Assembly (NCBI RefSeq): GCF_001194135.2
Contig: NC_068993.1
Coordinates: forward strand, 13,292,911 to 13,348,640
DNA: 55,730 nucleotides
Source of the DNA: Octopus bimaculoides
Taxonomy: Eukaryota
Direction of reading: 5' to 3'
The notes beneath the pieces are model-generated. The model was not told the origin of the DNA. It did no database searches and saw only the letters and a program-made list of their open reading frames with translations. Positions 40,769-53,551 of this stretch are shown piece after piece; position 1 is the first letter of the stretch, and every line of letters begins with the position of its first letter. The translations under genes and the position numbers were made by a program.

Positions 40769-41937
40769 GCCAGATCGCATACACATACATACATTTCTAT
40801 TCAGATGCATACACTTATGAACCTTCATAAATAGGTTTCGTCGTTGTCTTCGAATTCGTTGCAATGTGCAGGTTGTTTAAAGCATAACACAAAAATATTT
40901 TCCCTATGTTATCGATTTTGTTTATGTCCTCGATGTTGTTCCATAGTTTAAGCTTATTAAAGCTTGTTAAGCGCAGCACACGAACGCATGTCGTGACAAA
41001 CAAAATAATATAATATATATATATATATATATATACACCTCATTTTTCTGTTATTTTTCCGATATGTTCCTCTCTGAATTCCATTTCTTTTAAAATTATA
41101 TTTCTATCCATGTCAGTTTGAATTCAATAATAAGTCATCCCAAATGAAACCCACCACACATCGTACAACCCCTCCAACAATCGAAAATCTAAATAAACAT
41201 TTTCCTTTCCTATACACTATCTACCTTCCTTTACTCCATCTTATACACTTTCATAAAATTTCAACTTTAATTAATCTTCCGATGCTGACATCCTCCATCA
41301 CTTACTTTCCCACTTCAGTTACTTCATATTTCAAAAGTTTATGCGAGGACACATGCAGCGAATATAATTTACCAAAATATCTTTTTTTTCATTCATTTAA
41401 TCATTTTCAAATCATTCCAAGTCTTTCAATTTTACGAATGACATCAAACATGATAGTTGTTTTGATTCGATTCCGTTCGTAAAAGCGACGACATTGACCT
41501 TGACACATAATTCTTTCATTCTAAACCAATGTTATCACTAATATATTTATGTTATCTTCTTCTATATCATAACACTTCAAATTAAGCTCTATTGAACTGG
41601 AATTTCAATGTATGTACCAAGCAACTGCAAATGACAATAAACGAAATCTTTGTACGAAGATGTTATAACCAACAATCTGATAACTTCCTTACACTTAATT
41701 TTCTTTTACTGATCTTCTTTAACTATTTTACTGGTTCCAGCTAGAGATGATATTAACTAGATTTTGAAATTGAATGATGGAACATAGAAATTGATACTGC
41801 CAACATTGCATATTAACAGCTTATCTATTTCTCTGTAATTTGTTTGATAATAAAAAGTTCAGTCATGTAGTCGTAGTGAGACTTCTCCCACTGCTTTCAA
41901 ACATCTCAAAAGTAATTTACAAATCAGAATTTTCTAG

Positions 41938-41981
<44 letters not shown>

Positions 41982-42061
41982 ATGTGTGTGTATTTGTGCG
42001 TACATATGCACGCAAACATGGAAGTTACTCACACACACAAAATTTTAAATGTGCGTGTGTG

Positions 42062-42249
42062 TATATGATCGACCGCTAGCCACTAAAGTTTTTTTTTTTT
42101 ATTCTCTCTGTTTATTTTCTCGTGTTCTTTTCTGTTGAAGAGCGTAGGCTCGAAACGTATAAGACTTTCTCACCTTCCCGAGCGTTAAACTAATACACAT
42201 GTTTCTTGTTTGTACACCTGTCTTCGTCTTTTGCTCTTTAGTAAATTCC

Positions 42250-42255
<6 letters not shown>
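42062..42255 (+). mobile_element. Penelope-like terminal-repeat fragment with degenerate hammerhead motif (copy P2)
   Basis: ttctttt ctgttga a gagcgtaggctc gaaacgta taagac at 42124-42165, then ttcccgagcgttaaactaatac..cctgtcttcgtctttt. Confidence 0.75.
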
Positions 42256-42292
<37 letters not shown>

Positions 42293-43584
42293 CACACGTA
42301 CTCATACAAAACATAAATATGTGCATACAAATATTTAGAGATACACATACATACATACATAAGTGTATGCAAATATATATACATATGCATTTATGTTTGC
42401 GTACTTTTGTGAGTGTGTGGGTGTATATGCACCATTAATGAATAGCATTTTTACCAATCTTCACGAAAGAATGCCTAAAACTCTGTATGTGTTTATGAGT
42501 TTGCGTGTGTATGAGTGTGTATGTGTGTATGCTACACTGGCTATTTTTATATTTCTGAGCAACAGTTAAAATATATTCCTCCCGAGCCTGAGGTTGTTGA
42601 GCTTTGTCTTAGGGAAGTTAATTCTTAATTATATGGTCTGCTACTCACAACAAATCATTAGGCCTAAATAGCCCAGCAAAGCTGCGAGCGTGTAAGCATT
42701 TTTCTCTATTTCCTCGCGTGTTACACAAGTCGAAGTCTTTATGTAAACATGAACTGAAGTGAACGGGTACACATTTTTTTATACATAAACGCTTCACTGA
42801 ATTCATTTATTCTCTTTGTTATAGTGTTGCATGTATGCACAAAACCATTCATTGTATGCACACAGGATGCATCAGCCTGTGTAAAGATCAATAATTGGTA
42901 CTTAACTATATTCATGTGTTGTCTCTAGGCTGAAAACTATGATGCATGTGAATACACGTGTTGTTGATTTCAATGCTGGGATCAGGATGGTTTTGTGTTC
43001 GATATTGATTCAGTTATTGTACGTTTTGTTTTTTAAACTATAATAGATTTGTATGAGTCACACTTCATTATTTCTAGATATTGTAGAGCATTTGCGTTGA
43101 CGCAATCGGTAGAGAGTTTAATTTGAATGCTTTACTCAATACAAAATTCTGCGCATCGCTGTTTGTTCACTTATGAATTCATATTCTGACAATTCCGATT
43201 GTAAATTTCATTCCTCCGAAGTCGGTAAAACTTGAACCACACAAATATATATTCGTGTTGACTTTAGTCCAATAATGCTGTTAAAATAGTAATCGAATTG
43301 CACGTTGCTTTAAAGTCGGAATTACCAAATTCCTATCTCATACATTTCTAAATGTGTTGATTATATAAATATTATCAACAGAACAGACATACATATATTG
43401 CTGTATATATATATACAGCCATATATGTATGCATATATAATGCATATATATATATATATACATACATGCATGCATACATACATATATACATACATACAAC
43501 ATGTATATATTATAGGCATTTCTATGTATACATGTATATCTATCTATATATGATATATGATATATGATAGAGATATAGACAGAC

Positions 43585-43643
<59 letters not shown>

Positions 43644-43952
43644 TAGATAGATAGATAGTGTATGAATACAGGAGTTTAGGGTTTTATTAACGTTTACTAT
43701 GGATCTCGGGTATTAGCAGTGTTAACAAATTGTTGAAATAAATGTTAATAATAATTTTTTACGACGCTACGAGGCCACACTTCCGAAACTATCTAAATTT
43801 ACTTGCCCATGTATGTAAACTCACATACACACATATACAATATGGCGAAACAATTTTATTCTATTTCTTCAATCATATTTTCATCAAGTAAGCAACTTTA
43901 ACCAACTTTAACTTAGCAGAATTCCTTTTCTATCTAATTTACTAATTTAGCC

Positions 43953-44122
43953 GAAAAACCCAGCAATTTTCTGGGGTGGGGTATCATTCAATACCGTCGA
44001 GCTCAGTATTTTACAAGTACTTTCTTTTTCTTATCGACCTTGGGAGGATAAAAGCCGAAGCTGACGACCGTGCCAAGATTTGAACTCACTAAGAAGAGAT
44101 CCAGAATACTGAAAGCATTTAT
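43953..44122 (-). mobile_element. SINE family B, degenerate copy
   Basis: ccagcaattttctggggtgggg..aagtacttt..ttatcgaccttgggaggataaaag..gatttgaactcac. Confidence 0.65.
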
Positions 44123-45171
44123 TGATTTCCTTTTTCCCTGATATATTTACTAAATTTCGTTTAAGGTGTTCTTTGTTACTCTCTACAATTTGTTGAGTTA
44201 CTATTTGCTGACCCGATTAGCCAAATACTACTCAAATAACGCGATTCTGTTTTCAGAAAATTAACAACAAAAATGAAGGGCGCATCCGGTTAGATTTGGT
44301 TATAAAAATATATGCGAGATATCCATGGATGAAATATCTACGATTATAAATTTGATTTAGCTGCTAATCAACAGCTACGTCAACATCAACGAGAATGTTA
44401 CTAAAAATAGCAACATAGCAGCCAGCCACTCGTTGCTCGGTCATTGAATTAAGTGGCCCTATGGTCATCTAATTCAGTGACTGTAATGCAAAGGCTGAGA
44501 TGGTCACAGCTTTCGCGCCTTTGATCGTATGTCTAATCAATACGCACTGATTTAGGACCTAACAACGACGACGACTGCGTCGGTGGCGGCGGCAGCGGTA
44601 GTAGCGAAAACAATAACAAATGTGACTCACTATTCCTGCTAAAGACACTTTATCTTTATCTCCCTCATCACATAGCAGTGAATAATAATAATAATAAAAA
44701 TAATAATAATAATAATACATAATATATACATTTGTGTTACATACGCTACACACATCAACGTTAACCAAAGTACTTTTAATACGTTTTTTTTTCGCGTTTG
44801 CTTCAAATATTTCCCAAGAGTATTAAAGCGAGATGTACTGATTCGCTCTACATTTATACACAAAGGAAGGAAGCTATTTTGTTTTCTTTTTCCCTCTTGT
44901 TTTTTGTTTGTTTTTAATTTGTTTATTCTAGTTGGTAATGTCTTTCAGTGGATTCATGCATTCAATAACTTTGTCATACGTCTATCAGCCCACTAACAAA
45001 ACTTGTAATCTATTGTTAAACCTGCGCACCGATTTCAAACCTTATCGAGGTCAAATTTGAATCTTTTTAACGTAGTCGATACCAGCCAATTAACATAGGT
45101 GTTTTCTTTCTTTCTTTCTTTCTTTCTTTTTTATATAGTCTTCGAAAAACGCATATCAAAACCCGTGATGT

Positions 45172-45570
45172 CTCTTTTACTCTCTCTTTACCCTTTTACT
45201 TGTTTCAGTCATTTGACTGTGGCCATGCTGGAGCACCACCTTTAGTCGAGCAAATCGACCGCAGGACTTATTCTTTGGAAGCCTAGTACTTATTTTATCG
45301 GTCTCTTTTGCCGAACCGCTAGGTAAACACACCACCATCGGTTGTCAAGCGATGTTGGAGGGACAAACACAGACACGCAAACATATACACACATACATAT
45401 ATATATATATACATATATACGACGGGCTTCTTTCAGTTTCCGTCTACCAAATCCACTCACAAGGCTTTAGTCGGCCCGAGGCTATAGTAGAAGACACTTG
45501 CCCGAGGTGCCACGCAGTGGGACTGAACCCGGAACCATATGGTTGGTAAGCAAGCTACTTACCACACAGC
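45172..45570 (-). mobile_element. SINE family A copy 6 (near full length)
   Basis: Colinear with copies 1 and 4; short deletion in the 3' half; repeated (ctcttttac)-type tail. Confidence 0.93.
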
Positions 45571-46423
45571 TTCTCCCACACCTGAAAATTTTACACCAGT
45601 ATCATAGTACTCGTCAAAGAAATCAGGAAGTCATTGCCAAAGTGTCCTACTTCTACCACATGGTGTAAGAACGGAAGGAAAGAAAACTAAACTTACAATC
45701 ATCCCTAAAATCACCAAAAACGTAGTGCTCCAGCATGGCTTTGATAATGATTCTTAAAACAGTCAGAACAACTAAACAGCTCACCTGTTTCTTATTATGG
45801 TACACACACAGCGCAACATCTTTGCTTGATAATCTTAACAGTTTTTCATAATCAACATTTTTTGTTTCTTTAATCTCCCTTATCTAAAAAAACATTTTCT
45901 TTCTCTTCTTTTTTTACAGAACACGTAATTGTTATCAGTGTATCGTATTTACCAACCGGACCAGTAATCTTATTGAATACAAAAGTGGTAAGTGTTACGC
46001 TATTTTTCTTAAGATTACTTCAATGTCATTGTTTTGTGTTCATATCAAATCTTATATTCTATCAATGATTTATTCTTCCTCTTTTAGCTTTCCTTGCATG
46101 CACTTTTTTTCCTTTCTTCCCTAACACACATAATATATAAATGTTACATTTTTTTCAGTACTACTAATTTCCCTTTGAAACAAGTAACGGACACTCAGTG
46201 TTTCTCACTAATTCATATAAGTACGTGAATGTTCTATATATATAACTACTGATGGCTACGCACACACATATGTAAAACTATACACATAAATGCATACTAT
46301 TTGTATGTATATTTATATATATATACATGTGCTTGATGTATACTGCGTACATCTTGTGGAAGTGTCAGCGCATATTTTGAGGGACTGACACACAGACTCG
46401 CACACAATCATACTCATGCAAAC

Positions 46424-46472
<49 letters not shown>

Positions 46473-47244
46473 CAGTAATGTATATTAACGCATGTATCAA
46501 ATATTATACATACATACAGGCATACATTCATACATGAACACCATGCTCAATTTACTTGTTTTCGTGTTATAATATCAGAGTTTAGTAAGTGTTACAGCCG
46601 AAATACCTCAGAACTTGGTGATGGAAGATATAAACACTATAGAAGAAAAGGAACCATCATTGTACACTATCGACTATACAGCGTGTATATGTCACTGTAT
46701 AGTACAGACACATATATATTTACATACTTATATACAGATGGACAGATGGGTGAATAGTTAACAGCTAGATTTCGTTTCAAACATGTTATATATTGAAGCT
46801 GTTAAATGTTAAGCAAATTCATGTCGGACGATGACGATTTTATCAGGTTTGTAATCATTGCAATGATCTCTCGCTGCCTGTAGCATAACGTGCCTTTATC
46901 ATCATTTCTTTCACGAAATGGGTTCGAGATTTTCTTGAGAACTAAACAGAAACAAGAAAGTTATTGTACCAAGCTAAAGAGAAAAAAAAAATAGTCATAG
47001 TCGATCTTCTAATCGAATCAAGAAGAGTGATTTCGTATTCTGATCGCGATTATGAACGTTAATACGAATATTTTGCTAATGAGAATTTGTGATCTGTTTA
47101 ATTACGTGGGAACATGATCTGGCTTTCATACGTATAAGTTTCATTAGATTGTTTTTTTCAAGAGCAGGAAATATATATATNNNNNNNNNNNNNNNNNNNN
47201 NNNNNNNNNNNNNNNNNNNNNNNNNNNNNNNNNNNNNNNNNNNN

Positions 47245-47278
<34 letters not shown>

Positions 47279-47899
47279 TATATAACTGTTCATGAATCGC
47301 ACTAGATATTTGCGAGTGGGTGAAGAATTGTACTGTGTACAATTTGTCTCACCTCAACTCGATTTGACCAAATATCAAAGATCAACATAGCAGATCCCAT
47401 ATCTAAAATATAATATAGGCTAAATTTCTTTCGCTCACATTCGTACAGAACAGAAAGATCTGAGTCACTGCCCGCCGCCGAAGCTGCGGTCTTATATCAA
47501 TTATCTATTCATTTATATTCATTTATATTATAGAAAGTAATATCACCACAATCATGTGCATCAATTATACATACATACATACATAAATACATGCATGCAA
47601 ATCCGCACACGCACATATATAAACACAAATTCACGCGTATGTACAAGAACATCTTCATACACATGTAATGTATGGAATGTTCTTAGCACATGATACCATA
47701 CAACACATTCCTTTCATAACATGCTAAATATTCATATCCATAGTTATTCTCCATAAAACAAAACGACACATTATGTACCGCTCCCTTCGAAATTACTTTG
47801 GACCGTTAATTTTCTTTTACATTTTTTTTTTTTTTTTTTACTTTTCTCTTCATTGGTATTAATCTATTTTGTGGGATGTTATCATAAATCACTCAGCAC

Positions 47900-47938
<39 letters not shown>

Positions 47939-47964
47939 CATAATAATAATAGTAATAATAATAA

Positions 47965-48180
47965 TCCTTTCTACTATAGGCAGAAGGCCTGGAATTTTGT
48001 GGGGCAGGAGCTTAGTCGATTACATCGATCCCAGTGTTTCACTAGTACTTTATTTATCGACCCTAAAAGGATAAAAACCAAAGTCGACCTATGGAATGTG
48101 AACTCAGAATCTAAAGACAGACGAAATGCTACGAAGCATTTTGTCCGGCGTACTAATAGTTCCTGCCAGTTTGCCGCCTT
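47965..48180 (-). mobile_element. SINE family B copy (tail type c)
   Basis: cctttctactataggcagaaggcctggaattttgtgggg..ttagtcgattacatcgatcccagtg..aaagtcgacc..gaactcagaa..ctgccagtttgccgcctt. Confidence 0.88.
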
Positions 48181-48185
48181 TAGTA

Positions 48186-48395
48186 AATAATGCTTTCACG
48201 TTTTGCACAGGGCCAACAGTTTTTGAGCGGATGGGTAAGTCGATTACAGCAATCCCATCGCTTGAATGGTACTTATTTTATTCACCGCGAAAGGGTAGAT
48301 AAAAGACGAGTCGACTACGGCAGAATTTGAACTCAAAACGTGAAGACGCACAAATTGCAAGAGAAGGTTATATAGTTTTGGCCGGACGTCAAACG
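48186..48395 (-). mobile_element. SINE family B copy (tail type b)
   Basis: ttttgcacagggccaacag..gtaagtcgattac..ggtacttatttta..gagtcgactacggcagaatttgaactcaaaacgt. Confidence 0.8.
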
Positions 48396-48786
48396 AAAAG
48401 GTCAATGACGGTTTACCATCTACGCATTAAAAGCACTAATATACTCTAATGAACACAGAATTACTATAAAATTATATAAAACACGTACAAAGAAAACATG
48501 AGAAACATTCTGGACAACTTACCAGCACAAGGGTGGAAACTCACCTGTTCAGGTAAATACAATTATCACAAGTCACTGGCTTGTTAAAATTCCTTGAAAC
48601 TATTGTATACGACGTTGACCCTGAGCGCCTTTGATATCAGACTAAATGAGACGTCTCTACAATCTGTATGAAATTACAGAGCAGTTGTTCAAAAATTGCT
48701 GGAATAGATTTTTACTAGAAGTCCATCGTTTGGATGTTACTCATGATTAAAGCCCATCTCGTCCACAGTCAACATATTGCAGTTAC

Positions 48787-48867
48787 TTGCTGCTTTTCGG
48801 AGCTTGTTTAGTTCTTCAATCAAATATTTGTTGTAAAGAACTCCAGGGAGGAGATGTGTTTTCCAAA
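48787..48867 (-). other. Weak candidate internal exon (81 nt), xWKTHLLPGVLYNKYLIEELNKLRKAA
   Basis: Minus-strand tgtccttctctttttaaAG acceptor and AA/GTAACT donor; lies in the non-repetitive ORF 48737..48979; no recognised homology. Confidence 0.15.
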
Positions 48868-48954
48868 CTTTAAAAAGAGAAGGACACATTGAGTAATTAA
48901 TTCCTACGTACATTATATCTGAAGCAGGTGGATAATCAAACTTAGAATCGCTGC

Positions 48955-49214
48955 AGCGAGCTTGCAGAAACGTTAGCACGCCGGGCGAAATGCTTAGCTG
49001 TATTTCGTCTGCCGTTACGTTCTGAGTTCAAATTCCGCCGAGGTCGACTTTGCCTTTCATCCTTTCGGGGTCGATTAAATAAGTACCAGTTACGTACTGG
49101 GGTCGATATAATCGACTTAATCCGTTTGTCTGTCCTTGTTTGTCCCCTCTGTGTGTAGCAGCCCCTTCTGGGCAGTAAAATAAAAAAAATTAAAAATTAA
49201 AAAAATAAAAATAA
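48955..49214 (+). mobile_element. SINE family B copy (tail type a), full length with A-rich tail and target-site duplication
   Basis: A-box-like tgcagaaacgttag, B box gagttcaaattcc, A-rich tail; flanked by caaacttagaatcgctgc (48937-48954) and caaacttagaattgcttc (49215-49232). Confidence 0.95.
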
Positions 49215-49329
49215 CAAACTTAGAATTGCTTCGTTTACAGGGTTATGTGATAAGGATTATCCCGGGACTAATCAATGAGAACAGCAAGAAATATAACGAT
49301 AGACAATAATTGATAACAAATTAGTTTCA

Positions 49330-49745
49330 AGGCCCATAATTTTGAAGAAACAGTAACGATCACAATACATGAATGACATTTATTTTATCGACACCAAAAG
49401 AATAAAAGGCAAAGGTGTCCTTGGGTCTTCATTTGCACACAGAACCTCAAAAGACAGAACAATTACCGCAGTTCGTTTGCGCAGATATTCTTACGATTCT
49501 ATCATTGATTCGAACTTCCGGTAGGGAATAATGTTTTCTGACATAAGCACAAATCCGTCTATTTATGCAGAAAGTGTTAATGGATTAAAGCATCAGAGAT
49601 GTAGTAGTCCATTAGGGCTTATCTATTCTCCACCCAGGAAGGATGAAAAGCTTAATCAACGTAGGTAAAAACTGAAACTAGAACGCAAATGTGTGTAAAC
49701 GAATACATAATGGATTTCATCAGTATAAACTCCACTAATCTGTCA
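49330..49745 (-). mobile_element. Two adjacent highly degenerate SINE family B copies
   Basis: ttttatcgacaccaaaagaataaaaggcaaag..cacagaacc (to about 49505) and cacccaggaaggatgaaaagc..ctagaacgc (49528-49745). Confidence 0.55.
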
Positions 49746-49879
49746 TCCACCATATTATATTAAGCAATGAATATTACACTGTTATTGCAATTAATACTAA
49801 TAGTTCTATTATTATTATTATATAAACAAAACTTAAACTCGGTATTTAATTTTCCATGTTGTGTAAGCATTGGTATGTT

Positions 49880-49910
<31 letters not shown>

Positions 49911-50153
49911 TGAGCTGCAGAATCTCATAAAATATTGTGCTTTATTAATACCAGCTGTCTGTTGAGTTTGTCAGTAGTTCTAATATCAAACGTGCAATGG
50001 AGCTACCTCACTAATAACAAACATACAAAGTAAAAAATATATTTTCTCCTGCGTATGTATGCATAACTTTTTTAACCTCACAATTTTGCTCGAAATATAA
50101 ACGTCTCAGAGTAACAACAGTTTTATATATAAACATACATACATACATACACA

Positions 50154-50197
<44 letters not shown>

Positions 50198-50925
50198 NNN
50201 NNNNNNNNNNNNNNNNNNNNNNNNNNNNNNNNNNNNNNNNNNNNNNNNNNNNNNNNNNNNNNNNNNNNNNNNNNNNNNNNNNNNNNNNNNNNNNNNNNNN
50301 NNNNNNNNNNNNNNNNNNNNNNNNNNNNNNNNNNNNNNNNNNNNNNNNNNNNNNNNNNNNNNNNNNNNNNNNNNNNNNNNNNNNNNNNNNNNNNNNNNNN
50401 NNNNNNNNNNNNNNNNNNNNNNNNNNNNNNNNNNNNNNNNNNNNNNNNNNNNNNNNNNNNNNNNNNNNNNNNNNNNNNNNNNNNNNNNNNNNNNNNNNNN
50501 NNNNNNNNNNNNNNNNNNNNNNNNNNNNNNNNNNNNNNNNNNNNNNNNNNNNNNNNNNNNNNNNNNNNNNNNNNNNNNNNNNNNNNNNNNNNNNNNNNNN
50601 NNNNNNNNNNNNNNNNNNNNNNNNNNNNNNNNNNNNNNNNNNNNNNNNNNNNNNNNNNNNNNNNNNNNNNNNNNNNNNNNNNNNNNNNNNNNNNNNNNNN
50701 NNNNNNNNNNNNNNNNNNNNNNNNNNNNNNNNNNNNNNNNNNNNNNNNNNNNNNNNNNNNNNNNNNNNNNNNNNNNNNNNNNNNNNNNNNNNNNNNNNNN
50801 NNNNNNNNNNNNNNNNNNNNNNNNNNNNNNNNNNNNNNNNNNNNNNNNNNNNNNNNNNNNNNNNNNNNNNNNNNNNNNNNNNNNNNNNNNNNNNNNNNNN
50901 NNNNNNNNNNNNNNNNNNNNNNNNN

Positions 50926-50970
<45 letters not shown>

Positions 50971-51813
50971 CATATTATTCGCTGAATTGACTTATAAGCA
51001 CACGGCACACTATTTCCTCAGTTATAACGACCCAAATATTTGCCTGGTACTCAAATATTACTGACTCCTTGAAAGTCGAAAGACAAGTTATCATCACCGC
51101 GATGTGACCCCAGAACTGCAGACATACTAACTAACTACAACGTGTGATTTCATTCGATGTCCTTAGAATCCTACCAATCCAGCGTCTTCATTCAATTATA
51201 ATATTCCATTTCAATTTACCATTTCAAAATGTTAATTTAATGTCATTCTCTGATTGCCTAGTTTCAAAAAGAGATAGAGTTTTACTGTTATTTGAATTTA
51301 ATGGAAAACATATTCATGCATTATAGTATTAAATAACCTTTGCAATGCACTCTACATTGTGCATTCTCAGCAAATTTCTCACATCCGGTTTGATTATAAT
51401 GCAGCGATATTTTGCTCAATTACTTTGTTTTTGTTGTTGGTGTTTCCGTTCATCCTATTGTTCTTACTGTTGTTGTTTTATCGTTAGGTTAGTATCTAAC
51501 AGACGTAATGATTGAAGGCATTCTTGCCTCAAGACAATTTGTCCGTCTTTTAGGTTATCTAAGAGTATGTTACCCTTAAGTTTAAAGATAGTAAAATGTG
51601 ATTTTGTGTAGAATTGGATGCTATACCTAGCAAGCTGCGTAACCACTTAGACGCTCTCCCTTCGGATCGGTAAAATAGATTCTCGTTCGCTGGAATTCAA
51701 TAACAATTGCATGACTTTTTGAATATTAAAATTCCTGCTTGCACATATTAGATTTATATATTTATGTTAGGATACAGATGTTATATTGAGGTTACTATTT
51801 TGAAACTAGTTCA

Positions 51814-52031
51814 GGCAGTGAGCGTGTGCAATCGTTAGAGCATCGGACAAAATATCTTGGGTTAATTGTTCTGGTGGTTTACGTTCACAATTTAATTCCC
51901 GACAAGGTTATCTTGACTTTTCGTCACTTGTGGCTTTGTGCAATAAAGTACTGGTCAAGTACTGGGTTCTGTGGCCCCGAATAATTTCCCTTCAAAATTG
52001 CTGGCATTTTGCTTAAATTAGAAACCATTAT
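51814..52031 (+). mobile_element. SINE family B, degenerate copy (tail type b)
   Basis: gcaatcgttagagcatcggacaaaat..tttacgttc..aataaagtactggtcaagtactggg..caaaattgctggc..aaattagaaaccattatt. Confidence 0.75.
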
Positions 52032-52146
52032 TTTCAAGTAAATTTACGAACTTCAGAATACATCTATTGATGGGCTAATTCAATAATAAAGAGTCGAATG
52101 AAATTTAATGTGAATTTTGGGTTTATCGGGTCTAAAAATTTCGCAA

Positions 52147-52329
52147 GAGTGGCTGTGTGGTAGGTAGCTTGCTTATCATGGTTTCGGGTTTAGTCCCACT
52201 GTGTGACACCTTGGGCAAGTGTCTTCTACTATAGCCTCGGGCCCATCAAAGCCTTGTGAGTGCATTTGGTAAACGAAAACTGAAAGATGCCCGTCGTATA
52301 TATATATATATATATATATACATATATAT

Positions 52330-52390
<61 letters not shown>
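52147..52390 (+). mobile_element. SINE family A copy 7 (5' half plus microsatellite)
   Basis: gagtggctgtgtggtaggtagcttgctt..tagtcccactg..ccttgggcaagtgtcttctactatagcctcggg..gaaaactgaaagatgcccgtcg then (TA)n(TG)n. Confidence 0.9.
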
Positions 52391-52392
<2 letters not shown>

Positions 52393-52492
52393 AAAGGCAA
52401 TGTCAAGATCGGTGGAATTTGAACTCAGAACGTAGCAGCAGACGAAATACCACTCAGCATTTCACGCGGCGTGCTGGCGATTCTGCCAGTTT
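52393..52492 (-). mobile_element. SINE family B, 5' half
   Basis: aaaggcaatgtc..ggaatttgaactcagaacgtagcagcagacgaaataccactcagcatttc..ggcgtgct..gattctgccagtt. Confidence 0.85.
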
Positions 52493-53474
52493 ACTGCTTA
52501 AGTAATAATAATAATAATGATGTTGATAATAATAATGACACACACATAAATATATATATATGTATATATATACGTACATACATTCATACATGCATACCTA
52601 CGTATATATATAAAGGCACCATTATAAATACAGGCACACTAACAAGAACAACAACAATAAGCCAAAGAAATAGCAACTACAGCATCAGCAGAAGCAAAAT
52701 CAACAACAACAGTACTTAATAATCACGAATTCCTTTGCTCCGTTTATAATTGTGTGTAGTATACCTTAGGGAGATGTTGTGAATCTAAGCCATGACTCCA
52801 TAATTTAATCTAAATCTTAGATTTGGGGGTGAGTCATGATACACGGCATCGGGACGGTAGAGAAGAACTAATTAGTTGCATCGATTCGCGAACAAGCAGA
52901 ATCTTAAAATTCTTCTGCACAGCCCAAGACAACAAACCACTCATTTGTCAGCTGATTCATGTTTCGGCTAACAATATGTACTGTACGCATGCATTGATGT
53001 ATCTATGTACATGTGTGTGTGTGTGTGTGTGTGTGCGTACTTATAAATGCGCATATATATATATATATATATATATNNNNNNNNNNNNNNNNNNNNNNNN
53101 NNNNNNNNNNNNNNNNNNNNNNNNNNNNNNNNNNNNNNNNNNNNNNNNNNNNNNNNNNNNNNNNNNNNNNNNNNNNNNNNNNNNNNNNNNNNNNNNNNNN
53201 NNNNNNNNNNNNNNNNNNNNNNNNNNNNNNNNNNNNNNNNNNNNNNNNNNNNNNNNNNNNNNNNNNNNNNNNNNNNNNNNNNNNNNNNNNNNNNNNNNNN
53301 NNNNNNNNNNNNNNNNNNNNNNNNNNNNNNNNNNNNNNNNNNNNNNNNNNNNNNNNNNNNNNNNNNNNNNNNNNNNNNNNNNNTATATATATATATATAG
53401 ATATATGTTTGTGTGTGTATAGATCTTTATATATCCCACTATATATCAGTCTCTTTCACTATCTTATACTCTCA

Positions 53475-53551
<77 letters not shown>

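Noticed and set aside
41050-41800. Pyrimidine-rich plus strand with ORF 41144..41482
   Set aside because: Low-complexity composition and no recognisable motif; may be an old LINE remnant but unsupported
48737-48790. LTVDEMGF resembles the first catalytic Asp motif of DDE transposases
   Set aside because: Isolated short match followed by a stop; no further DDE motifs or terminal inverted repeats seen
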